64,000 nt of DNA from Mytilus trossulus (lineage: Eukaryota): NCBI RefSeq assembly GCF_036588685.1, contig NC_086382.1, positions 59,396,001 through 59,460,000 of the forward strand, given 5' to 3'. Below the pieces are notes generated by a model, which worked only from the letters and a program-made list of their open reading frames with translations, was not told the origin of the DNA and searched no databases. Shown piece after piece: positions 1 to 13,097 of the stretch (the stretch's first letter is position 1; every line of letters begins with the position of its first letter). A program made the translations under genes and the position numbers.

Positions 1-2341
1 CAAAATAAATTGTGAAGCACTTAACTTAACGTGTAATACTACCAAATCATGGTATGTCACATCCGGTTGTATACGAACAAAAGGTCTAAAAATATTCCCT
101 TCAATTTGACAGTTGTAGAAAATTAACGCTGCATTTCAATGCACTTAGATTTTTCTGAGTCATACACATTAATGTTGCGTGTCTGAAAGCATCATTCCTT
201 ATTGATTTGATGGTCTTATAAAATATTTTGGAAAGTTACGGTTACATAGTTACCAAAGCAGGTAACCAGTAAATAACAGTGTTAAAATTGGGTTGTTAAC
301 TTCCGGTGATGGTTACTTTCTTATATGCAATGAAATGTAGTGTGCAATTTTCACTGTAGCACTGGGAAGGATTATACTTTATACATGCAAAGTATTTCTT
401 TGGTTGAAATAAAGGTAAATACTGTGCAATTTTTTTAAAAAGTGCCAATTTAACAAAGACTAATATGGGAAAATCAATGTTGGTATTACACCTAAAGGAA
501 AGGTACTTATTGCAAACCCATATCTTAATTCTGAACCATCAAATGTATTATTAGTTTCTTTTTTCGGTCACATAATTTAGAGTTTAGTGTTACGTATAAA
601 AATAATACTCTATATTATCATGACTATCACGACTCAATTAGCAGTATCAAGATTTCATAAAATTTTTTGACTTCACAGCCTATTTACAACAACTTGAAAA
701 TTCCCGCCCTGCATAGAAGTAAGTAATGTATTCATATGGTGCTCTTTTTCAAAGAAAATACGTGATTAAGTGTTTTGTGCATTTGCTTAATTTTAAACGG
801 ATTTCAACATCCATTAGAGACATGTCTTTGTCAAGAGTTTATACACACAAAGTTTCTAAACATTTTATATCTATATTTAGTCTAACGTCCATACATATAG
901 ATTTTTTCTACAGATGATGACATAAATTATGTTAATTTACATAATCTTATTTCCCAGATTAGTCCATCTTTTTGTAACAGCAAACGCAGAAAGAATATAT
1001 GCGCATAAACTTAAAAACTGTTGACACACAAATTTGTCTCGTATGTCGGCATACAATTCAGAAAAAGACCATCGGATAGACACCATTGCTTATCAGTTAA
1101 GGTGCTTGACCATGATTGCGTAAAAATGGTCAAAGTACACAGTAATGTAACTCTATAGACAATACCGTTATTTATTGTAAGACGTTCGTATCAATCTAAA
1201 TTAGGTAAAAAAAATATCAAAAAAATAGTCGATGAAGCATAAACTAATGAACAGATATTCAAAATTGCCGTCTAACTGTAATCACACTTTGTATTTAATA
1301 TCAATGTTCTTTCACAAGTAGTTGTAACGAAACTAATTTAAGCTATTGCTGACGCCATTGTGGTCATGATCAGTGTCGTCATCGGAAAAGCAATCCTTTT
1401 ATCGCGCTTTCCGTGACTTTCGACAAAAGTGAGATTACATAAGCACCTTTAGTCATTTTAAGCATTAACTCAAAACTGGTTGATTTATGTTCAAATGTGT
1501 CCTCTTTAATTAATAGTATAAACATGTTACCTCTGTGTGATTTCTTACAGGAAATTGCAAGGACATTACTTCGTTTAATAGTATAGAAATATCAATGTCT
1601 TTTTTCTTTTTCATCTTCGCAACTGAAAAAAGAATCATATCTTAAAATTACAACTAAATGATTTATATTACGATTACAATATAAGTGTAGTACAAAGTAA
1701 AATCTAAAAAGAAACTGAACTCAAAGGAAAATTCAATCGGAAAGTCCATAATCACATGGTAAAATCAAATGACAAAACATATCAAAAACAAATGGTCAAG
1801 AACTGTCATAGTCCTGACTTGGTACAGGCATTTTCAAATGTAAAAAAATGGTGGATTAAACCTGGTTTTATAGCGCTAACCCTCTCACTTTGTTGACATG
1901 CTCTTCAAATTCCATAATATTTACATAGATGCGTGAACTAAACAGACATGATAAATAATATAGTCAAAATATGGGAACATCAGTCATCATCGTGTAACAA
2001 TTTTAAAAGGAACAATTGAACAGAACACATAAACATCTTTCTACAAACACATTCATTGATTCGCGTGTCTGACGTCAGAAAATTATATATGTCACATGTT
2101 TTTATTGTTCAATGTTTATACAAACAATTTTAAAATTTCACATGGACAATGTTAGCAGACAGCGTTAAAAAATCAAAAGTATGTAAGACTTAATTTTAGA
2201 AATAGACCGAGATTTTAAATTATCCAAAAGTTAAATAGAATTTATAAGAATCAACAAATTTTATTATTTTTCATTCGACCACGTTATTCAATAATTTTGA
2301 CGTTTATAGTGTAACGTATTTTCTAATGCATAATAGAAATA

Positions 2342-2576
2342 AACTCATCATAGACACCAGGGCTAAATTTTGTATATACGCAAGACGCGCGTTTCGTCTT
2401 CAAAAGACTCATCAGTGACGCTCGAATCCAAAAAAGTTTAAAAAGGCCAAAAAAAGTACGAAGTTGAAGAGCATTGAGGACCAAAATTCATAAAAGATTG
2501 GCCAAATACAGCTAAGGTAATCTATGCCTGAGGTAGAAAAGCCTTAGTATTTCAAAAAATTCAAAACTTAGTGAAC
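2342..2576 (-). mobile_element. 5'-truncated hammerhead-bearing retroelement copy inserted in an older repeat
   Basis: Absent from the homologous host copy at ~19200. Flanked by direct repeat AGAAATA (2335-2341, 2577-2583). Homologous to 8914-9174, 10315-10480 and 16335-16630. Confidence 0.8.
2377..2422 (-). ncRNA. Type-I hammerhead ribozyme in a dispersed repeat copy
   Basis: Minus strand CGUCA-CUGAUGA-GUCUU-UUG-AAGAC-GAAA-CGCGCG-UC|UUGCG. Intact core, 5-bp stem II, palindromic stem III, one mismatch in stem I. Confidence 0.8.
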
Positions 2577-3663
2577 AGAAATATATCGTAATGACATATG
2601 ATATTTTAATAGAACAATATCATACTGACGGAAGTACAGCGTCACGTTATAAGAACCAAAGAAACACAAAAAGTCGCATATACAAAACACACCACTAAAA
2701 AATGAAAGATAATACAAAAACACATTGACGGGATATTTAAGTACTGAACCACGTTAAACGGACATCACATAAAAACAACTCAACAGTAAAAGTAATATTA
2801 ATTATTTAATAATAGAACAAAGACAAATGAAAGAACAATATAACACGTTGTTAAGATGATAAACAACATCAGTACGCATAATCTATGCACCAAGACCATC
2901 ATGTATTATTAGTACAGTATAGCTTCCGATTAAATTTCTGGCTTCAGTTGATACATTTTAATCATAGGAGATTCCCGCCCATGTCAAGTGGCCTGATATC
3001 AAATATGTCCATGTTTTAATAGCGACTTTTTGTCATTCATTTTTTGCAAATATAATTACAGAAAATTATTACAAACCAGTTAGTGTTTGCGTGGTAAGAG
3101 AAATCATCTTATAATAGCATCATATTACTTTGCTTTGAAATATACCAGCTAGTTTCGTGGTTTTATTTTTGTTTAAATTAATATTTCAGATAATTTTTTT
3201 CATTTCATTACTTTATTATCAGTCGGGCAGTTGGATTCTATCACGAAAAGGAATATTCTTTTTGTTTGAAATATTAAGTGTAATATCCCATCTAGGGACA
3301 TTATGTTTTTATGTTTGTGCATTCATTGGTTTGTTCATTCATCCGTCCGTCCGTTCTTTTGTCCATTTGTCCCGCTTTAGCAGTAAATGTTGTTGGTCAA
3401 GGGAGTTTTTGATGAAGTTGAAGTTCGATCAACTTGAAACTTAGTACGTATAGTAAGATCTTTTAAATTTTAATGCCAATTTCACCGTTCACTAAAAATA
3501 GTAAAAGATAGTGTGAGTTGGGTATTTATGAACTATGGAAAAATTCTTGTTCATGTTATCATCCTTATAATTATTTCTATCCATATTGGTTTTATGATCA
3601 ACATTATTTCTATTGTGTTTTTATTATGAAGTTGGCACAGATAGTAACGTGTTAAAGTTCTAC

Positions 3664-3958
3664 CTAAAAAGTGTGTGCTTCCGTAGGCTAAAACCGTATA
3701 ATGTTCTTCCATTCCATTTTCCTTTTTCAATCCATAGATCTCAAGGCAATATTCTGTTCCAGAAACAAAGATCATTGGTAAATCGTGGTCATTTACTGTG
3801 ACATCAGCTATCATTGTTACGCCATTAAGTGATATTATATCGGGTCGTAAAAATAGAAGTAAACAATTCATTCTTTCTGGTCCATGAATCTCGAAATGCA
3901 TTTTTCTATTCCCACCATCAATTTGTCCATGAAAGAGTATTCCTTGACTGTTTGCCAT
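3664..3958 (-). CDS. PHYHIP-like paralogue A, N-terminal coding exon (rest of gene probably beyond the left window edge)
   Basis: MANSQGILFHGQIDG...HDLPMIFVSGTEYCLEIYGLKK...YGSTHFL is clearly homologous to the 17019-17322 exon (GQID, LPMxFxSG, YCLEIYGL, YG). It ends at the same phase-1 donor position (TTA G|GTAGA). No C-terminal exon was seen in 1-3663. Confidence 0.7.
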
Positions 3959-6900
3959 ACCGCTTTGCTATCTTTAACAATCTGCTTACATGTAGAATCG
4001 ATCTCCAACTAACCCAAGGTCACATCATAGGTTTTAGGTATAACAACTAATGAGGTTGACTAACTATCCTGCAATAGAATAATGTATAAGCAAAGTTTTA
4101 AGTTTCATTTTTAGAAATACTCAAAACACAGTTTTCGGGATACGCGGACCAGTTAAAATGTTTCACTGAATAATCGAACTGTTCACGTAAGGAAGTACAT
4201 GAGTATAAACATGATAGATATTTTTATTACTTTTAGAATATGATAAAAATGATAGGTCCAGAAGCTTGTTTCCAAGTTACTTTCTGTGAAAATATAACAC
4301 GTTTAGTATATTTTGTACAAAGAAATGGAATCTTATTACGAACACAAGGTAAACTAAGTTGCATAATTAGGAATGAAATTTAAGAGAATTTGACCTACCG
4401 GCGTGGATCTGCTTCCCTGTCCGACGCGACTGAGATAACTCCCAGTTATAGGCGATGTTTATGTTCCTCAGTCTTAGTGGGGTTTTTGTGTTTGTGTTAT
4501 GTGTACTTATGTTTTTTTTTCTTTTTGAAGCCATGGCATTGTCAGTTTGTTTTTCGATTTATGAGTTGACCTTCCCTTTGATAGTTTTTGCCTCTCTCTT
4601 TCAAAACTGCTTTTGGAATAACAAGAGAAAAAAATTAGGTTACAAAACACTATTTCCTACTACAACATTAAACAGAAAAATTGTGTAAGTGTTTTTAATC
4701 CGTTATCGTTCTAGTGAGCAACGAAATATAAATATATTAGATTCATCGTTGTAGATTGAAATAACACTTTCGAATAATATGTTTATATTTGTAGGGAAAT
4801 AAGTCTGTGCTACTGATTTAAATAGATACCGAAAAGATTAGAACAAGAGGAATTATCACATTCACCTCATATTGTCCGAGTGTGGTTGCTAATAACAATC
4901 CTCATTTTTCCTTGAAACCTGAACAAATGTTTGTTTTGCGTGATTTATCGGTAGTTAAGAAAGTTAAATCCACGTTCATAAATTTTGAAAGGTAGATTTC
5001 GTTCGATAAACAACTTCCTCCTGAATTGTTGAAATATACCTTAACATTAACCATCATACCTTCGTGAATATTAGGTAAATGTTTTCTAATACAAGGGTAT
5101 ACTATTGTTAACAAATGTACTATCAGTATCTGTACGTTTTATCACAAAAAAGTGATATCGAGGGTTATCATGCTTCATTGATTTGATCAAGTGAGAATTG
5201 ACCTCTTCTTTTAATACCTAATTATATAATATATGGATATGAATGGACCCTCGTATACTTCTTGTAATTCATTCTTTCGGTCAACGTTGTCGATTTGATA
5301 ACATGCATGCAGAACTATGACACTTAATAAAAGACACACAAAGTAATTAAAAAAAACACTCAACCTAGGGTTATTATATAGTATGTAAACATTTGATAAA
5401 CTTCATTCAATAAAGATTTATAATCTACACAAAAGTGTGCTATGCAATTGATTTGAAAGAGTACTTTATCATTGTTGATTAGTGATTGAAATATTACATA
5501 ATTGTATCGTTTTGGTGAATATTGACTATTCTTTTCTAGTCCATAGAACAGAAATTGTCAAAAACAAATTATCTCACAAGATTTTAGAGGTAAAAGAATC
5601 GTTTAACTAAGGCAAATACAAGGTACATTGTAAAATCACAAAAATACTGAATACTGAATACTAATAATTGCCATTGAGCATGAAAGGATTACAAACTAAA
5701 TAATCATTTACCCATGATAAAATGTAAAAATATAATATGACATCATAACATATTTCAGTCTGCTGGACCCATGTTAACCAGCAACAAAGTAGACAGTTAG
5801 CTCTTTGGTAATAATTGTGATCAGAACAGGTAATTTCATTATTGAAATTTGTTGCTATCACATTTTTAAAGAGGTGTACAATTTTGAAACATACATCCCT
5901 CATTTAAAGCTCTGAGTACTTGTCAGGTTTTGGCTACATATCCTTTTTAACTGAGCTCTTCAAATATGTGTTTTCAAGTATTGTAGCCTGGAGTATTATT
6001 GACATTAAATGAAGTGTCAAAACGCGGATCTGTTGCTGTTTAAAAGGTACCGTTAATGTGATACCGATCATTCGGTCGATACATCTTCTGGTGGACTGTT
6101 AGTCCTCCATGATATCACGAGACCAGTTGCTAAATCTCTTGTTATTACGTGAAAATACGCGGATACATTTTGATTGAAATTTGCTGTTTTCGAAACATTT
6201 CGGAAATAATTATAAACTAAGGGATATATATCTTCATCATGCAAAGCGCTGTCTCTTGTTTGAATTTGAATACAGCTTAGGGGTATTCTGGTTTGATCAA
6301 TTGTCCAACGTTTGTATACGTTTTTGTTTTTCAAATATTGTTTTCTCGATCTATCTGCAGAAAACGTTCGAAATGCGCATCATAACAACACAATCTAACA
6401 TTTAAAACGATTGATATGAGGCTCTTTTCATCTATTATACAAGGCCTATATACACACAAAAATTATCCTTCCAATATTCAAATGATTGAGGAGTAATTAT
6501 CTGTCAGGTGTGTAGAGCTGAGTGATTTTTTAACAATTATCAAATAGAAACTAACAAGGAAGTTTTTATAAGTTGATATTTGTGCTAAATTACAAGTATG
6601 ATATAATAAAATAGGGTGTAAAATTGATCTTAAGATGAGCATGTTTGAGTTTTCTAACCAGCTTCCTATAAGGGAAGAGCAAGTGATTATCTTTTTTTAC
6701 AATTACCTTGAAAAGCGACGGTTAATGAAAAATCCGAATGAAATACAAAATTTTCTTCCGCATGTATCAATGAACAGGAACAGCAAACTGAAATAGTCAT
6801 GCGCATAAAAAAATCCTTATATACATATGTATTTGCAAAAAATATTATGTGAGTTACGAATTACATTATTTGACTACAGGATTGAATCAATACTATAATC

Positions 6901-8913
6901 AATGTTTTGTCTTATCGCTGATTTCTAATGTGGTTTAATGTGTAAACTGACGTGTTCATGTCATATACATTCAGTAAATATAATCAAACTAAGGTTATAT
7001 TACATAACAAACATGAGATACCACGGAGAAACTCAAGGATAGTAACTTGAGAAGAAACTGACAATTTTATGGCTGAAAAATGTTTGTAAGGTTTACATAT
7101 GTATCATGAGAAAAAAAATGAAAATCTGAGACTGTTTGCAAATGGTAACAGTATAAAACGAAGTCAATCTATCAGAAAAATACAAAAAAATAAAATTCTT
7201 GCTTTAGACATTTTCTCTTAATTGTTAAAAAGAGTCTGCCAAAACTCTTTGATGGTTTGACAGAGTACCCGCGAAAATTAGTTGGTTTACAGTGATTGTT
7301 GTGAAACTTTAATCACATGCTGTGTCTGTTTGTTACCTGCAGAACACTAAGTCCACTTGTCAATGAAAAGCAGCAAATTGAAAATAAATTATTTTTTTTA
7401 ATTTTGCTCTGGATACTATCTTTTTGGTCATAAACAAGCGTATAACCTAATTTCATAAAATTCAATGTAGGTTTGACAAAATAAGTGTTGTCAAACTTTT
7501 ACCTGAAACTTAATCTGATTGGTAACTGTAAAATGGTTAAGTAGATCTATCAGTAAAAAATAATCGATGTGTCTCGCTTTTGCGAAATGAATAATCAAAC
7601 TCGACAACAAAAGACAATATTTTTTTCACTATGCTTGTATCTGTAGTATCTGTAGTCGGTTCAATGATTTTAATAAACGTAAAAATTGTTTAACTGGTAC
7701 AGTATTAAGTAAGGAATTTCACTAACACAAGTTTATCAAAACGTATACTCATTCCTCGATAAAAATAAAGATTTAGTTAAGGAGTATGGCTACACGTCTC
7801 ACTATAACCAACGGTATATTACTGGGTCTACCAAGTACTTATCGAAACCTTTTTCTAAAGTATTAGCATCAATTTATCAACAATCAAAGCCCGGCCTTAA
7901 ATGTTTTAGAAACTGGCTGTTATAGAGGTGGCTTGAATCAGATGTGATTATTGAAACATTCCAAAGATCTTTTAGAGTACATACAATCTCAGACTCTTTC
8001 ATCTTGAAATAGTATTAAAACATTTGATTGTTCTACACTGTACACAAATGTTTACCATTTCAATCTAAAAGACAAATTGAAAGAGTTGGTCCCGCTTTAT
8101 TTCATCAAAAAGAATGGCCAACGTAGATACAAGTTTTTGTCTTAGGGAGGTACATCTTACTTTGTCAAAAACACAACAGAGTCAAACAAAAGATTCTCTA
8201 AAACTGACATTATCTAGATGCTAACTTTCTTGATTGTCAAAATATTCATTACGTTTTGGGGGCGTGTTTTTCAACCAATTATTGGTATTCCCATGGGAAC
8301 TAATTATGCCCGTCTTCTTGTCGACTTGTTGCTTTATTCTTATAAGGCTGACTCCATACAGGCACTTCTTATGAAGAAGGAAAAGAAGTTAGCAATATCG
8401 TTTAACTTTACTTTCCGCTATATAGATGATGTTTTCTCATTAAATGATTCAAAATTTGGTGACTATGTTGAACACATGTTTACCATCGAACTAGAGATAA
8501 AGGATACAACAGCTACAAATAAATCCTAGTACCGGTTGAAAAAAAATGTTTACGACAAAAGAGATGATTGCAGGTTCCCAATTGAGAACTTTCCATTTCT
8601 ATTAGCATAATTCCAGCAGCGCCTGCATACGGAACATATATCTCCCAATTAAAACGATATTCCCGGGCTTGTATTTCCATGATCATTTTCATGATTTCCT
8701 TGATTGAGGGTTTTAGTTTAAACATATTTTATTTGTTAAAGTACAAATTGGATAAGACACAAGTCAAACAGATGCTATCGCATATGTTCCTTTGATTGAG
8801 GGTTGCTGCTCACAAGGAAACTATTGAACCAAGAGTTCGAAATGGTTGAGTTAAATTCATCCCTTCGTAAATGTTACGGACGACATCACGAGTTGGTTGG
8901 CCGTTATGGAATA

Positions 8914-9174
8914 AACTCATTATTGATACCAGGATAACATTTTGTATTTACGCCAGACAAGCGTTTCGTCTACCAAAGACTCATCAGTGACGCTCGAATC
9001 CAAAAAAAGAGCACTGAGTTAGAAAAGCGCTTTTGTGTCATTTTGGTCTTTTGTGGATAGTTGTCTCATTGGCAATCATACCACATCTTCTTTTTTATAT
9101 TTAGTATTAAAAATTCAAAAGATTTGTTATCAGTTAACTTATAAATAAGACCATATCAATGATAATTTATGTTA
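8914..9174 (-). mobile_element. Hammerhead-bearing retroelement copy inserted into the PLE-like RT relic
   Basis: Interrupts the RT reading frame (RYGI|SVSQM). GAATA is duplicated at 8909-8913 and 9175-9179. It carries a further short 3'-end insertion at ~9030-9100. Confidence 0.7.
8949..8994 (-). ncRNA. Type-I hammerhead ribozyme in a dispersed repeat copy
   Basis: Minus strand CGUCA-CUGAUGA-GUCU-UUGGU-AGAC-GAAA-CGCUUG-UC|UGGCG. Core and stems I and II intact; stem III palindrome mutated. Confidence 0.75.
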
Positions 9175-12100
9175 GAATATCCGTTTCACAGATGCTATCG
9201 CATATGTTCCTTATACCGTAAGTACAATCCCCTCCCTTTAACAAACACGACCCACCGACTAAGACTATTTACCGGGTTTGTTATAATATGAGCAACACAA
9301 CGGGTGCCACATGTAGAGCAGGACCTGCATACCCTTCCAGAGCACCTGGTGGTATTCATAATGGTCTTTAGTTTTCTATGTTATGTCTTGTGTACTATTA
9401 TTTGTCTGTTTGTCTTTTTTATTATTCATGCGTTGTCAGGTTTTTTTTTATCTATCTTTCGCCCCTCTTTTTTAATGCAAACTTGTACAAAATCAGGCTG
9501 GCTTTTGTTAGTCTTGTATGGTTTTTTTTAAATTTTACTTCATGTGAATGTTTCGGATTTTAGTGTGATTGAACTAGTTTGCATTTGTGTTAAAAGCTCA
9601 GGTGAAGTGCGCCTCTAGGTTCATGATTTTCTCGCTGAATTGAAGACCCATTGATGGGCTTAGGCTGTTTTTGCGCTTTGGTCGGATTGTTGTCTCTTTG
9701 ACACATTTCCCGTTTCACTTGTAATTTTATTATGACTTTTTATTAAGTATACATGTTACTGTATTTCAATTAGACATTAATACGGAACTTATTTATAGAG
9801 TGTTTTAGATATTGTTCACATCGGTTAATAGGAGTCATAAAATAATGATGTGAATCTTATATTATATTTATTAGTTTATATGCATATAATAAAGCTAACT
9901 TAATTTGAACTGTTGTGCATGAATTATGGTTCAGATAAAACACGTTTATATAAACAGAAATCAAACCAAACAAACTGCAACTATTCTTATACAATTTATT
10001 ACGTCTGTTTAAGACATTCATAACATATTTTCATCGTGTTATATAATGGGTTGGTCCATTAAAAAAGCACTGTTAATGACATCCCTTTTCTAATGTCCCT
10101 GTAATGGAATAATTTCTAGTGGGATGTCACATTCCAACGCAAAGATAATTTTTAAGTTCTTGTTCCTTTAGACAAGGAATTTCAATTATTCAGGTTGAGA
10201 ATTCCTAATGAAAAAAAATCCAAGAAAACGCTTCGAACGCATGAAATCCTCCGTAAAAAATACATATATCATAAAGGTCAACCTAAATCATTATGGTGTT
10301 TGTAAAACTGTCGAATAAACTCATCATGCATACAAAGATTCAAATGTGTGTCTACAAAAGACTCATCGGCAACGTTCAAATAAAAAAAAGATAGGAGGCC
10401 AAATTAAATAAGACTTGAAGATCATAGAGGATACAGAATTCGGAAATGTTTTGAAAAAAACCTGATAAGGTAATAAATCTTTATTTTTATTTGCAAAAAA
10501 TTTCTTACCATGTGTGTGACTTTGTAAGAATTAAGTCCCAGTAATTAAGATATTTCAATCCTATATTAGTGATTTTTCATAGATAAATAAAATCTTATAC
10601 ATAAGAAAGTAATGAATGAGGTTATTAAATTTTATGTTTTCTTTTTTGTGCTTTTTTCTTACATATTTGTTTTTATAGTGATTTAGATTATAACGCACTG
10701 TTTGTTTTGCTCATGTATCGTTGTCAATATAATGGAATTTGATTCGACTGTCATACATGTCTGAGGTTTTGTAGACGAAACGCGCGTCTGGCCTATATAC
10801 AAAATTTAGTCTAGTATCTATGATGAGTTTATTTAGCTAGCTATAAAATCAGGTTCAATCAACCATTTGCTTCAGGAATATGACATTTGTTATCCATTCG
10901 TTTGATATGTTTGAGCTTTTGATTTTGCCATTTGCTTAGGGACTTTTCTTTTTGAATCTTCCTCGGCGTTTAGTATTTTTGTGATTTTACTTTTTCAAAG
11001 TTAATCTATGATAAGGTTCATATTAATGATAATTCACATCAACATCGAAAGTATTAATTCTTTCATTGATGCATTGGCCTCTTGGTCAACAGTATAATGA
11101 CATGAACGATACCAGACTTTTAATTTGTACATCTGTATTATTGTTGTCTCCTTTTCGACAAACGCATCAACTCTGTTGTTGTAGTACTTCTTCTTCTCAT
11201 ACCATACAACCGTGTTCAGGTCAACCTTATTTTATATTGAAGCTGGCTCATGATATTTGGGATGAACGTGTTTCTAAAAACCTGTTCATGTCCGGAATAT
11301 AGTGATTCGGATCCCCATATCTAAACCAAATAGTACATTATATTCTGTCTCAATTTCTGTTACGAAACCTTTTTTTTTTTTAGTTTTTACAGACAAAATC
11401 TAGATAAGAATGAATGAGATGTTGTATGAATGCCAATGAGACAACTATCAACTAAAGTTCAAATAAGTGGATGTAAGAAATTAACCAAGAGAAACTTTAT
11501 AGTCTTAATTGACAAGAACCTTCATAGTACATAAACGATTTTTGTGCTGGGTTCACTCCTTGTCAACTTAATCAAAGCGACAGAAGTTTGCTGATGTTCA
11601 ACTCTCGTAAATCGATAAGTAAAGAAAAAATCTATGTAACAATTAAAGACTGAGAATTGCACTTGAACCTGTAAAATCACAGATCAGATACCTACATTAT
11701 ACTGATATTAAAATTTAAAGACTACAAAAACAGTCGATAGTGAGTTGAAACACCAGCATGTCATAAAGGTCAATCGATTCGTGAATTTAACAGTAAAACT
11801 TATATAGTGTTGACATACGTCGTGTTTTCGAAATAATGTTATTGCTTGGGCCGTTTCTGTGTGTGTTGCGTTTCGGTGTTGTGTCGTTGTTCTCCTCTTA
11901 TATTTAATGCGTTTCCCTCGGTTTTAGTTTGTCACCCCGATTTTGTTTTTTGTCCAAGGATTTATGAGTTTTGAACAGCGGTATACTACTGTTGCCTTTA
12001 TTTATTGGAGTTTTTTTAGTGTAAGGAGCACGCCTCTGTTAATGTTAGTCTGTGGACATGCATGAGCGTAACTATAAACTGAGATATAGAAACATATTGC

Positions 12101-12637
12101 AATGACACAGAACGTATGTTTCTGTTGTAAATGTGTAGTTGGCAGTTAGAAAGTTGCAATCAACATGTTTGTCATAAATTCTTTTTAGAAGTCGTTCATC
12201 TGCGTAAATATCGAGTAAATAAACAATATATGACTCAGACCCGCAGTTTGCAAGATGCATTTGTCTTAATTCTGATAATTCTTGAGAAAGTTCTCTTTGA
12301 AATATCCTTCGTATCAATACAAAAACATTATCTGCTGATAGATCATCTGTTGAAATATCATTCCACCAAACTCAACAAATATCATTTAAAGCAGTGAACA
12401 TTTTATCAATGATCTAAGAATCAATGTAAAACTGATTGTAACATCCACTAATTTTTTTCAAAAACTTTAAGAAAATACTGTAGTTAGGTTTTTATCAATA
12501 ACTCTTTAAGATACTTTTGTCGAAAACGGGAATAATGTGGCAGCTGAATATTACGAATTCCTTTGAGTCGGTGAGTTTATATTAAAAACTAGTTATCTTT
12601 AAGATAAAATTATTATAATTTATTACTTATAGGTTAT

Positions 12638-12953
12638 AAAAGAGGGACGAAAGATACCAAAGGGACAGTCAAACTCATAAATCTAAAACAAACTGACAAC
12701 GCCAAGGCTAAAAATGAAAAAGAAAAACAGAAAAACAATAGTACACACGACACAACATAAAAGAGGGGCGAAAGATACCAGAGGCACGGTAAAACTCATA
12801 GATTGAAAATAAACTGACAATGCCATGGCTAAAACAAAAAGACAAACAGACAAATAATAATAAAGAAGACCCAACAAAAAGAAAACTAAAGACTAAGCAT
12901 CACGAACCCTACAAAAAACTAGGGGTGATCTCAGATGCTCCGGAAGGGTAAGC
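12638..12953 (-). repeat. 3'-end fragment of the PLE-like family with a tandem ~120-bp duplicated terminus
   Basis: AAAAGAGGG(A/G)CGAAAGATACCA...ACAACAT occurs twice (12638, 12758). The reverse complement resembles 9310-9470 and 4395-4600. Confidence 0.6.
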
Positions 12954-13097
12954 AATATAAGATACAGTATAAGATTACGTGGGTCCTCGGTGCTTTTCAA
13001 CTTCATTCTTCAGACGACCTTTTACTTAATTTTTTCGTGTGTCATTGTCGGCGTCAGACGTTTGAAATAACAATTCTGGTATATTTTATGTTTTTTT

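Larger units (their letters stand above)
1693..2905. repeat. Interspersed repeat, long copy (homologous to 18557-19340)
   Basis: Colinear similarity over ~800 bp with 18557-19340. Shorter related ends occur at ~10710-10995 (inverted), 21515-21680 and 62765-62835. Confidence 0.8.
7770..9470 (+). pseudogene. Decayed Penelope-like (PLE-type) reverse transcriptase plus 3' UTR
   Basis: Frameshifted and stop-ridden remnants of KTFDxSTLYT, GIPMGTNxAxLLxDLxLYSY, FRYIDD, YDKRDD, PAYGxYISQLxRY and LKSSLRKxYGRH. G(I)PMG plus RYIDD is the PLE RT pattern. Matching 3'-end fragments occur at ~4395-4600, 12638-12953 and 20830-21040. Confidence 0.8.
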
